DNA from: Candidatus Spongiisociaceae bacterium
Lineage (GTDB): Bacteria; Actinomycetota; Acidimicrobiia; Spongiisociales; Spongiisociaceae
NCBI GenBank assembly: GCA_965262915.1
Contig: OZ253564.1
Span: 2,208,001 to 2,272,000, forward strand
Length of the DNA stretch: 64,000 bases
Reading direction: 5' to 3'
Under the pieces are notes generated by a model. That model ran no database searches. It was not told where the DNA came from and saw only the letters and a program-made list of their open reading frames with translations. Of the stretch, positions 48,601-57,369 are shown piece after piece (the first letter of the stretch is position 1; each line of letters begins with the position of its first letter). Position numbers and translations under genes: made by a program.

Positions 48601-48630
48601 GTTATACCAAACGCCTGTGACAAATGTCAA
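48601..48630 (-). promoter_or_regulatory. Sigma-A-type promoter, probably leaderless
   Basis: TTGACA-N18-TATAAC with extended -10 TG; 6 nt to the ATG at 48594. Confidence 0.7.
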
Positions 48631-48692
48631 CCCCTACATATCGGCAACCTATAATATCAGTGATCAAGAACTGACCAATTGAATCCGCATAC

Positions 48693-48863
48693 TCAATCGG
48701 TGTTTGTCATGTTCGCGGTGGGATCTGCTGGTTTGAACCGGCCACCGAACCGTCGGGTGCCTTCTCCGCTGCGAGCATCGAAGCCGCGAGCCTGGTTGCG
48801 GTAGGTGCCGGCCCACAGCGACTGGGCCTCGACGCGAGCTACCGAATCGTGGGTCGGAACCAC
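48693..48863 (-). pseudogene. Truncated RES-domain toxin
   Basis: Manual translation ...TYRNQARGFDARSGEGTRRFGGRFKP then stop after 56 aa; follows the Xre/MbcA antitoxin. Confidence 0.7.
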
Positions 48864-48868
48864 TCATC

Positions 48869-49204
48869 TCAGGCAGTAACGCCCTCACCGACGGCCAGAA
48901 ACAGATCGATCACGCGCTTGTAGTGGCCGGCAGCGACCAGATCGAGGGGCTTCTCGTAACCGAGATCGCGGTTGGGGGAACGCATCCAGAACCGTGCAGC
49001 GTCGTCGCGCATGACGCGGCGGGTAAGGTCGATCACCGCCCGGAGCTCGAGTAGCCGCTCTTCGGCGTGGCGGCGAGGAGCTGTTTCCTGGGAGCGCCAA
49101 CGGGCGACGCTGCGCGGGTTGGTCTCGCTAACCCGCGCCAGGTCGGCGGTGTCGACGACACGTCCTTCGTAGAGGTGATCCAGAAGAGTTGCGAGGGCCC
49201 TCAT
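48869..49204 (-). CDS. Xre/MbcA/ParS family antitoxin
   Basis: HTH plus WMRSPNRDLGYEKPLDL toxin-binding motif; GGAGG RBS. Confidence 0.88.
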   Translation of the reverse strand: MRALATLLDHLYEGRVVDTADLARVSETNPRSVARWRSQETAPRRHAEERLLELRAVIDLTRRVMRDDAARFWMRSPNRDLGYEKPLDLVAAGHYKRVIDLFLAVGEGVTA

Positions 49205-49301
49205 GTGCGATCGTCCTCCTAGGGTGTAGTAGCACGTCGTGTATTTGTCGTCCTATACGTCCCCAACAAGGTAAAGGGGCTCATCGATGCTCCTATGGTT
49301 G

Positions 49302-50531
49302 TCAAATCGATGATGGGGCGGTTTGGTGGGTGTGCAGCCAGTTCTGGTATCGGGTGGCGAGGTGGTGGTTGTGGTCTCGGCCGTGTTCGAGTGCTGAGAT
49401 GCGATTGGGGTGGGTTCCGACGGCTTGGGCGGTCTGGGTGAGGGTGATGCCGCGTTGTTGGCGTCGGGTGCGTAGGCGGGCGCAGTTCGGGGTTGGGTGC
49501 GGGTTGGTGAGGAGCCGGTAGATTTCTCGGGCGATGTGCCGCTTGAGGCAGCGGATGATCTCCTTTTTCTTCTTGCCCTCGGCCTTGCGTCGTGCCACGT
49601 AGGCTTTGGTGGCGGCGTCGGTGCGCATCCGGGTGGTAGCGATCCGCCATAGCGCGTTGTTGGCTTGGCGGTTGCCGCCCCGGTTGAGACGATGCCGAAG
49701 GGTTCGTCCTGATGACGCCTGGACGGGGCTGGCGCCGCACAGCGCCGCGAAAGACCGTTCCGATTTCATTCGCTTGGGGTTGTCGCCGGCGGCGACCAAC
49801 AACGCGGCGGCTGTGTCAGGACCGACACCTTCTGTGGCCAGCAGGGCCGGGTTGGCCTGGGCGCAGAGACGCCGGATCTCGGCTTCGAGTTGGGCGATCT
49901 CTACGTCGAGAGCCTGATACCGGCGGGCCAAATGCTGTAGGGCACGCTTCGCATACGCGGTGGTGGTGTGGTCTGTGCCGGGTCGGAACCGGGCACAGGT
50001 TTTGACCCGTGCTTTGAGATTCATGCCCTTTAGCTGGTGTTTTAGCGGCTCGGGAGCTGTTACGACCAGCGCATGTATCTGGTTAGCGGCCTGGGTGCGG
50101 GCCTTGACCGCGGAGCGGCGCACCACCCACAGCATCCGTATGCACTCGACCGGGCCCACACCGGACTTGGGAACCGCGGTTGCTTCGCCCGAGGCAGCTG
50201 CCCGAGCTGCCGCCTCGGCGTCGACGCTGTCGGTCTTGCCGCCCTTCTGGCGGCGTAGTTGGCGGTTGGGGCGGTTGACCTCCACCACCTCGATGTTCAT
50301 CTCGGTCAGGTAACGGGCCAGGCCGGCGCCGTAACTACCCGTTCCTTCCACCCCAACCCGAACCAACTGTCCCCGCGACTCGAACCAGGTGACCATTCGC
50401 CGATAACCGGATTCCTCCACCGCGAAAGACTCCGATCCCAGTACCCGCCCGACGCCATCCACCACCGCTGCTACGTGGACGTCCCGATGGGTGTCAACCC
50501 CACCGTAGATAATCTGGTCTGCTTCTCCCAT
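49302..50531 (-). CDS. IS110 family recombinase with C-terminal XRE-like HTH
   Basis: DEDD residues (GVDTH, GVEGTG, KTDSVDA), EGVGP, ASSG serine, RGGNRQAN; GAGGAG RBS. Confidence 0.95.
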   Translation of the reverse strand: MGEADQIIYGGVDTHRDVHVAAVVDGVGRVLGSESFAVEESGYRRMVTWFESRGQLVRVGVEGTGSYGAGLARYLTEMNIEVVEVNRPNRQLRRQKGGKTDSVDAEAAARAAASGEATAVPKSGVGPVECIRMLWVVRRSAVKARTQAANQIHALVVTAPEPLKHQLKGMNLKARVKTCARFRPGTDHTTTAYAKRALQHLARRYQALDVEIAQLEAEIRRLCAQANPALLATEGVGPDTAAALLVAAGDNPKRMKSERSFAALCGASPVQASSGRTLRHRLNRGGNRQANNALWRIATTRMRTDAATKAYVARRKAEGKKKKEIIRCLKRHIAREIYRLLTNPHPTPNCARLRTRRQQRGITLTQTAQAVGTHPNRISALEHGRDHNHHLATRYQNWLHTHQTAPSSI

Positions 50532-50559
50532 GATGCTCTTCTCCTCTAGGGGATAGAAT

Positions 50560-50748
50560 CATTTCCGATCCCCGGACCCGTGTGCGGTTGGACAGGCCAC
50601 TCACGGTGGAGAAGTTGAAGGCTCCTATTAGGTCACATCCGCCCCGGGTCACGGGCGTCACGCCCCAGGCCGGGAACGGGCCGACAGATCGATGAAAAGG
50701 CACAAGGCCAGATTTCAGTTGGGTCAGACCCGCCCTAGCCCAGGAACC
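50560..50748 (-). ncRNA. Putative bridge RNA of the IS110 element
   Basis: Two loops, each with two guide-like segments matching the target (ACTGAAATC, TCATCG) and donor (ATAGGAGC, TGAGTG); ends approximate. Confidence 0.75.
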
Positions 50749-50767
50749 CTCCAATTATGAGTGGATT

Positions 50768-52049
50768 TCAGTGGGGAGTGACGGTGGCCAATAGGTCCCA
50801 GTTGGGTTTCCCGGCGTAGAGAAGGGCGCGGATTCGGTAGTTCGCGAAGTTGGGTAACCCGAACGCTGCTCGTTTGATCCGTTTGATTAGGTTGTTGAGG
50901 GCTTCGGTGGGTCCGTTGGTTACCTTCGAGATGTGCCAGTTGGTGATCTGGGGGGTCCAGCGGGCGATGGTACGTCCGAGCTTGTTGATCTCGGGTGGGC
51001 AGGATTCGTCCTGGAGGTCGTCTGCGAGCCCGAGGGTGTATCGGAGAGCAAGGACCGGACTTTCGATCCCGTAGATGCCTCGTACCGTTTCGGTTGCGTG
51101 CCAGGCGGTGCGTACCTCGCCGTGGGGGTCACCGGCATCGAGGAGACCACGCAGCCGTGTTTGACCGCGGTCGCTGATCCTCTCATGGGCGGCGGTGAGG
51201 AGGCGGCGTATCCGATACAGCGGGTCATCCTTGCGGCCTCGATGCCCGAGGGTTTCGTTCTGGGTGCGGCGTCGTACTTCGTCGAGTCGCTGGTTGGCCA
51301 AGCGGATGACGTGGAAGGGGTCTGCTACCTGCACAGCGTTCGGCAACACCCTGTCGTACGCCTTCCGATAAGGCCCTGACATGACCCGACACCGCCCAGC
51401 GGATCCCGTCGAGCCACTCGGGGGGCTGTGACCGGAACCACGACACCGCGCTATCAGCCGTTCTACCACCGACTATGTCGAACCGGCTGGTGGCCTCCCA
51501 CATCGACGACAGAAGTGCACCAAACCTTGGTGCGCCACCGGCCTTTCCGCCAGAACAACGCGTCTCGTCGATGCCCACAGCTCCGACCTCGCCTATCCGA
51601 TCGGTGTCGGCCCCCAGGAGTGCATCGCCCCAGCGGACGACCTCATTGTTCACCGTATGCCAATCACAACCCAACTCCGAGGCGACCTCGTCGACCGAAC
51701 GGCCCCGCCCACCCACCCCGACGGTCACCCACCGGGCCGCTCTCGATGTCAACAACGCCCGTTCGGGACCAATCGTGGGGTCTTGTTCGATGAACGATCT
51801 GATCTCACAGTCGGGGTTCGGGCACGTCCAACGGCGTTTCCGCCACCGCAGCCGAACCGGACGGCCGAACGCCGGTAGATCCACCAACACAACCGTTCTG
51901 TGACCCTTGGACCACACCGGGCCACCACACGCCACACACAACGGGCGGGCCTTGCGGGACCCGATCACCACCCCAAGCGGTGCACCCTCGCCCGAGTCGT
52001 TGATCCCTACCAGATCAACGTCGCCCAGGCCTACCAACAACTCGCACAT
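50768..52049 (-). pseudogene. ISL3 transposase with multiple frameshifts
   Basis: MCELLVGL, DLPAFGRPVRLRWRKRRWTC, GIDET in one frame; DPFHVI, TNGPTEALNNLIKRIKR in another. Confidence 0.9.
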
Positions 52050-52461
52050 GCGCGCAGGGATCAGCTTCCACAGGGGTCCTCCTGCCTCGGATGTCTTTTC
52101 TCAGCACCCGATTATGGAGGACCCCCCATCACTTCTGGTGGATTACCACTCCCCCTAGCAGATCCCCGACTCCCCACTCATTTCCGAAGAGCCGGTAAAG
52201 GGGGACATGCACGGTTGGGGGCGGAGCGGCCATCTCTAACCTTTTCCCAGTAGCTGGCCGGGCCCACTCAGTAGAATCGGTCCTGACCTCGCGGATGCTT
52301 CGGTAGCGACTGGAATCATGCCGGAACAACCAGTAGCCACGACGGGGCTCTGGCTCGTTCATTGACATAGATCCGAGTGAAGACCAGCCGCCGCCGCCAT
52401 CGCCAATAGACTGACCGGACAATCATGGGAACTTCGGAGGAGCGCGGTGCGTCCAAGTTGT

Positions 52462-53424
52462 ATGAAGAGAACTAACGCACAACCCAACCCGATAAGCCGG
52501 CTTGCCGCGAGCGTTCTCGCCGTGGCCGGTGTAATGGCCCTCGCAGCGTGCTTCGGCGGCAACGACAGCGAAGAGAGAGCGCCGGCGACCACCGCCGCGA
52601 TGGCTGTCGTATCCATGAAGGAGGACGATGCGGGATTCGTCGTCACGGGCGAAGACCGGCTGGAGCAGTATTCGAGCGGCGGGTTCGACATCGGGGTCAT
52701 CGGGCGCGATGTCATCATCGAGATGCGGGTCCTGGTCAGCAGCGACAACATCCAACGTACGGTCGCATCGATCATGGCCAACGTATCGGCGTTAGGTGGT
52801 GGTGTCGCCTACTCGAACATCGACTACGGCGACCGGACCGACGGCCACGACGACGGTTTTGCCATGCTCGTGGTGAAGGTTCCACCTGGAGGCATCGACC
52901 AGTTGCTGGCTGGACTCGACGACACCGGCACCGTGCATTCGATCAGCCAGAGTGCGCAAGATGTCACCGAGCAATTGGTAGATCTCGACGTCAGGATCAG
53001 GAACGTACGGGAAAGTGTCGCAAACGTTCGAGAGTTCATGGATCGCACCGAGAACCTCAAAGATCTCGTGGTTCTGGAGGGAGAATTGACCCGCCGCCAG
53101 ACCGACCTCGAACGACTCGAGGCACAGCAGCGCAATCTCAGCGACCGGGTTGCACTATCGACCGTGACGATCGACATCGTGCCGGCCGCTTCGGTGGGCG
53201 GGGAGGACTCCGACACGATCGGTGATGCCTTCAGTACCGGTTGGGACGTCTTCGTCGCAGTTCTCTACAGGACCGGTTTCGTGCTCGCGGTGCTCGCTCC
53301 GTTCCTTGTCGTCGCAGCGCTGGTGGCACTCCTCGTGAGGTTCGTGGTGCGCCGCCGCAGGGCCACGACCGGAACCGCACCCCCAACACCCCCCGCGGTC
53401 GAACGGACTGAGGAGTCCGGTTAG
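52462..53424 (+). CDS. DUF4349 domain lipoprotein
   Basis: Lipobox LAAC, QDVTEQLVDLDVRI coiled coil, VALSTVTI, C-terminal TM. Confidence 0.85.
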   Translation: MKRTNAQPNPISRLAASVLAVAGVMALAACFGGNDSEERAPATTAAMAVVSMKEDDAGFVVTGEDRLEQYSSGGFDIGVIGRDVIIEMRVLVSSDNIQRTVASIMANVSALGGGVAYSNIDYGDRTDGHDDGFAMLVVKVPPGGIDQLLAGLDDTGTVHSISQSAQDVTEQLVDLDVRIRNVRESVANVREFMDRTENLKDLVVLEGELTRRQTDLERLEAQQRNLSDRVALSTVTIDIVPAASVGGEDSDTIGDAFSTGWDVFVAVLYRTGFVLAVLAPFLVVAALVALLVRFVVRRRRATTGTAPPTPPAVERTEESG

Positions 53425-53514
53425 AGATGACGAACCCGTGAGCCGTACCCGCCAAGCACGAATGTCCCGGGCCGGTCGATCTCTTGGCATGCAGAGCGGT
53501 ACGCTCCGGACAAC

Positions 53515-54294
53515 ATGACTGAGGTATCCGTTGTCTACCCGGGCGAGGACCGCGCCCTGATCACCATCGAGCGGCCGCGCACGCTCAACTCGCTCGACAT
53601 CGCAACGCTCACCGCTCTGGGAGAGGCGGCCGGGGAGGTGGCGGACCGGCCGATGCTCAAGGTGGTGGTCGTTCGGGGGAGTGGTCGGGCGTTCTCGTCG
53701 GGAGTCGATCTGAGCCTGCTCGGAGGTGGTGACGGAGCCGATCCCAGAGTGGTGGGCGAGGTGGGCCGCACCATGATCGAGGCCTTCGATTCGGTCCCGG
53801 GGGTTACGGTCGCCGCGATGCGGGGAGCGGTGGTGGGAGGTGGCCTGGTACTGGCTGCGGCGTGCGATATGCGTGTGGCAGCCGATGACACCTACTTCTC
53901 GATTCCCGAGGTGGATCTGGGACTCTCGGTGGGGTGGGGAGGCATACCCCGGCTGGTCCGCGAGCTGGGGCCGGCTCTGACCCGGGATCTGGTGATGACC
54001 TGCCGACCTTTCACCGCGCAGGAGGCCAAGCACGCCGGATTCCTCAACCGGGTGGTGCCCGATTCGGACCTCGATCGAACTGTCGACGATCTGGTGGATT
54101 CGCTGTGTGGTAAGCCCGGTGCTGCCCTCCGGGCCGTGAATCGTAGCGTGGCCGAGGCAGCCGAGGAGATGCTGGCGGCGCGGGGGCGGGTGGCCGAGGC
54201 CGAGATCCTCGCCGCTGTCTCCTCCGACCCCGAAAGTCGGAGGGCGGCGGCCGGCTACATCGCCGACCACCGGAGGTCCAGAGGCTCAGAGTGA
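53515..54294 (+). CDS. Enoyl-CoA hydratase/isomerase
   Basis: FSSGVDL, GAVVGGG, CDMRVA, PEVDLG. Confidence 0.92.
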   Translation: MTEVSVVYPGEDRALITIERPRTLNSLDIATLTALGEAAGEVADRPMLKVVVVRGSGRAFSSGVDLSLLGGGDGADPRVVGEVGRTMIEAFDSVPGVTVAAMRGAVVGGGLVLAAACDMRVAADDTYFSIPEVDLGLSVGWGGIPRLVRELGPALTRDLVMTCRPFTAQEAKHAGFLNRVVPDSDLDRTVDDLVDSLCGKPGAALRAVNRSVAEAAEEMLAARGRVAEAEILAAVSSDPESRRAAAGYIADHRRSRGSE

Positions 54295-56040
54295 GGCGGC
54301 GTCGATGGCGAACAGATCGCCAGAACCCGCCTTCACCGCGGGGAGGAACCCGGTGGCGGTGGGCAGAACCTGCTCCAGATAGAACCGGGCGGTGACCTGC
54401 TTCGGGTGGTTCCCCAACCTGGCCGCGGCCAATCCCGCCTCGGCCATCATGGCTCCTCCCATCACGATCCCGAACATGGTGCAGAATGGACTGGCCCCGG
54501 CCAGTTGATGGTTGGGATCGCCGGACCGCGACAGCAGGTGGTCGGTCCCCTCCGTCAACGTGTCCAGCGCCACCGAAAGCGAACCCGCTGCCTGGTCCCA
54601 CCCGAGCTCGTGAAGGCGATCCACCGCGAGGCGCAGGGAGTCGATGTAGCGGCGGACGAACCTTCCGCCGTCGATGGGCAGCTTGCGCATCACCAAGTCG
54701 ATCGACTGGATGCCGTTGGTGCCCTCGTAGATGGGTGCGATGCGGGCATCCCTCCAGTGCTGGGCGGCCCCGGTTTCTTCGATGTAGCCCATTCCTCCGT
54801 GCACCTGGATCCCCACCGAGGCGACCTCCACGCCCAGGTCCGTACACCATGTTTTGGCCACCGGCGTGAGCAGGGCCAGGCAGTTGGCGTGCCAGGTCCG
54901 CTCCTGGTCCGTTCCGGCATGCTTGGCAAGGTCCTGGTGCATTGCGGCCCGGTACAGAAGTGCACGCATCGCTTCGGTGTTGGAGCGCATGGTCAGCAGC
55001 ATCCGTCGCACGTCGGGGTGGTCAATGATCGGCGAACTCTCCGAGGCGCCTACCGCCCGCCCTTGCCGGCGCTCTCGAGCATATGCGGATGCCTGCTGGT
55101 AGGCCCCCTCGGCCACCGCCATCCCCTGGACCGCCACCGAGATACGGGCGGTGTTCATCATGGTGAACATGTTCCCCATGCCGCTGTTCACGCTCCCGAG
55201 CAGGAAGCCGATCGCCCCCCCGGTGTCGTCGCCGTAGGCCATCACGCAGGTGGGCGCGGCGTTTATCCCGAGCTTGTGCTCCAGGGACACGACCTTGAGG
55301 TCGTTCGCTTCTCCCGGTTCGCCGTTCGCGTCGGGTAGGAACTTGGGAACGATGAACATCGATATTCCCTTGGATCCCAGGGGGGATCCCGGAGCCCGGG
55401 CCAGCACTAGGTGGACGACGTTGGAGGACATGTCGTGGTCGCCGTAGGTGATGAAGATCTTGGTGCCGGCAAGCCGGAAGGTACCGTCACCGGCCGGAGT
55501 AGCCCGCATGGAGAGCGCGCCCACGTCGGATCCGGCGTGCGGTTCGGTGAGGTTCATAGCGGCCGACCATTCGCCCGTGATCAGCTTGGGCAGGTAGGTC
55601 TCCTGCTGCTCCTTGGTGCCATGGGCTGCGAGAGTGGTGACTGCCCCTGCGGTGAGCAGTGGGCAGTTGCTGAAAGCGAGGTTGGCCGCGGCGAACATCT
55701 CCTCGAAAGCCACTCCGACGACCCTGGGCATCTGGTGGCCGCCCCACTCGACTGGAGCGTCGATCCCCCCCCATCCAGCGTTTACAAACGTCTTGTAAGC
55801 CTCCTTGAATCCGGACGGAGAACGTACCCGGCCGTCGACAATCGATGAACCTTCAAGGTCTCCGGTCCTGTTCAGAGGCGCTACGAGATCTTGGACGAAC
55901 CGGGCTCCCTCGTCCAGCACCGCCGACACCAGATCCGGTTCTGCGTGCCGGAAAGCCTCGAGAGAGACCAGATCGCCGAGCCGTCCGATGTGTTCGAGAA
56001 CGAAGCGGATGTCTTCGAGGGGGGCGGAGTACCCGAACAT
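54286..56040 (-). CDS. Acyl-CoA dehydrogenase
   Basis: MNLTEPHAGSDVG, GTKIFIT, EHKLGI, QVHGGMGY, IYEGTNGIQ. Confidence 0.93.
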   Translation of the reverse strand: MFGYSAPLEDIRFVLEHIGRLGDLVSLEAFRHAEPDLVSAVLDEGARFVQDLVAPLNRTGDLEGSSIVDGRVRSPSGFKEAYKTFVNAGWGGIDAPVEWGGHQMPRVVGVAFEEMFAAANLAFSNCPLLTAGAVTTLAAHGTKEQQETYLPKLITGEWSAAMNLTEPHAGSDVGALSMRATPAGDGTFRLAGTKIFITYGDHDMSSNVVHLVLARAPGSPLGSKGISMFIVPKFLPDANGEPGEANDLKVVSLEHKLGINAAPTCVMAYGDDTGGAIGFLLGSVNSGMGNMFTMMNTARISVAVQGMAVAEGAYQQASAYARERRQGRAVGASESSPIIDHPDVRRMLLTMRSNTEAMRALLYRAAMHQDLAKHAGTDQERTWHANCLALLTPVAKTWCTDLGVEVASVGIQVHGGMGYIEETGAAQHWRDARIAPIYEGTNGIQSIDLVMRKLPIDGGRFVRRYIDSLRLAVDRLHELGWDQAAGSLSVALDTLTEGTDHLLSRSGDPNHQLAGASPFCTMFGIVMGGAMMAEAGLAAARLGNHPKQVTARFYLEQVLPTATGFLPAVKAGSGDLFAIDAASL

Positions 56041-56053
56041 GTCCCCGATGATA

Positions 56054-56144
56054 GGTCAGGGGTCAGGGGTCAGGGGTCAGGGGTCAGGGGTCAGGGGTCA
56101 GGGGTCAGGGGTGAGGGGCCAGGTGCCAGGTGCCAGGCACCTGG
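56054..56144. repeat. Heptamer tandem array (GGTCAGG)x8 decaying into TGCCAGG units
   Basis: Eight perfect units 56054-56109, then ggtgagg, ggccagg, tgccagg x2, cacctgg. Confidence 0.95.
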
Positions 56145-57296
56145 CTAGATCTGGTCTAGTGCCTGTGCGAGGTCGTCGATCAGGTCCTCCACATCTTCCA
56201 AGCCCACGGAGATACGCACCAGACCGTCGGTGATGCCCACTCTGAGCCGCTCCTCCTCCTCCACGTCGGCGTGGGTCATGGTGACGGGATGGGTGACCAG
56301 CGACTCCACCGAACCGAGGTTCTCGGCCAGCGTCCACACGCGCAGCGACCGCATCAGTTCTTTGCCGGCCTCGACCCCGCCCTCCACCTCGAACCAGGCC
56401 ATGGCGCCGAAGCCCGAGGCCTGCTTGGCGGCAAGCGCGTGCTGGGGGAAGGAGTCCAGTCCGGGGTAGGTCACGGTGGTGACCTTGGGGTGTGCTTGGA
56501 GGAACTCGGCCACCGCCAGCGCATTGGACGACTGGCGGTCCATCCGCTCGCTGAGGGTCTTGCTGCCCTGAAGGGTCAACCAGGCGACCATCGGCGACAT
56601 GATCATCCCGGCCGCGTTCTGGACGAAGCCGATAGCTTCCGACCGCTCCTCGTCCCGGCACACCACCGCGCCACCGACGGTGGCGTTGTGGCCGTCGAAG
56701 TACTTGGTGGTGGAGTGCACGACCAGGTCGGCGCCCAGTTGCAGCGGACGCTGGAAATAGGGGGTGAGAAAGGTGTTGTCGACCGCGTGGGGTATGCCTC
56801 GGGAGGTGGCGATCTCCGAAACCCCGGCGATGTCGGTGTACTTGAGGGTGGGGTTGGCGGGGGTCTCCGTGAAGATCAGGCGGGTGCGCCGGTTGACGGC
56901 GGAGGCCACCTCGTCGAGGTCGGACGTGTCGGCGAAGGTGAAGTCCACCCCGAACCGGGAGAAGACCTTGGTCGCCAGACGGTAGGTGCCTCCGTAGGCG
57001 ACGTCGCTGATCACGGCGTGGTCTCCGGCATTCAGCAGGGCCAGGAACAGCCCGTTGGTAGCAGCCATACCGGTGGCGAACGCCCAGGCGGAGTGGCCGC
57101 CCTCCAGGACGGCGAGGCGCTCCTGCAAGGCCGAAACGGTGGGGTTGGCCGATCGCGAGTACGAGTAGCCCTTCGCCATGTAGGCGTCCACCGACGGCTG
57201 CACGAAGGTGGTCGACTGGTGGATCGGCGTGAGGATGGCGCCGGTGGTCGGATCGGGTACGACACCCGCGTGGATCTGGTCGGTTCTGAAGCCCAT
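56145..57296 (-). CDS. Cystathionine gamma-synthase/lyase family PLP enzyme
   Basis: YSRSANPT, ETPANP, DNTFLTP, HSTTKYFDGH, AENLGSVESL. Confidence 0.9.
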   Translation of the reverse strand: MGFRTDQIHAGVVPDPTTGAILTPIHQSTTFVQPSVDAYMAKGYSYSRSANPTVSALQERLAVLEGGHSAWAFATGMAATNGLFLALLNAGDHAVISDVAYGGTYRLATKVFSRFGVDFTFADTSDLDEVASAVNRRTRLIFTETPANPTLKYTDIAGVSEIATSRGIPHAVDNTFLTPYFQRPLQLGADLVVHSTTKYFDGHNATVGGAVVCRDEERSEAIGFVQNAAGMIMSPMVAWLTLQGSKTLSERMDRQSSNALAVAEFLQAHPKVTTVTYPGLDSFPQHALAAKQASGFGAMAWFEVEGGVEAGKELMRSLRVWTLAENLGSVESLVTHPVTMTHADVEEEERLRVGITDGLVRISVGLEDVEDLIDDLAQALDQI

Positions 57297-57369
57297 AAAC
57301 CTCCGTTTGCGCGGCGTCAGGTTACCGCGACGGAGTGGCTACCGATCCCCGTCTGTAGAATGAACGAGC

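Larger units (their letters stand above)
49286..50763 (-). mobile_element. IS110 family element
   Basis: Boundaries defined by the split ISL3 TIR, with one shared G at each junction; no TIRs of its own. Confidence 0.9.
49278..52193 (-). mobile_element. ISL3 family IS, interrupted by IS110 in its right TIR
   Basis: 8-bp TSD GGTAAAGG (49270-49277, 52194-52201); left TIR GGCTCTTCGGAAATGAGTGGGGAGT; right TIR reconstructs as GGCTCATC+GGATTTCAGTGGGGAGT. Confidence 0.9.
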
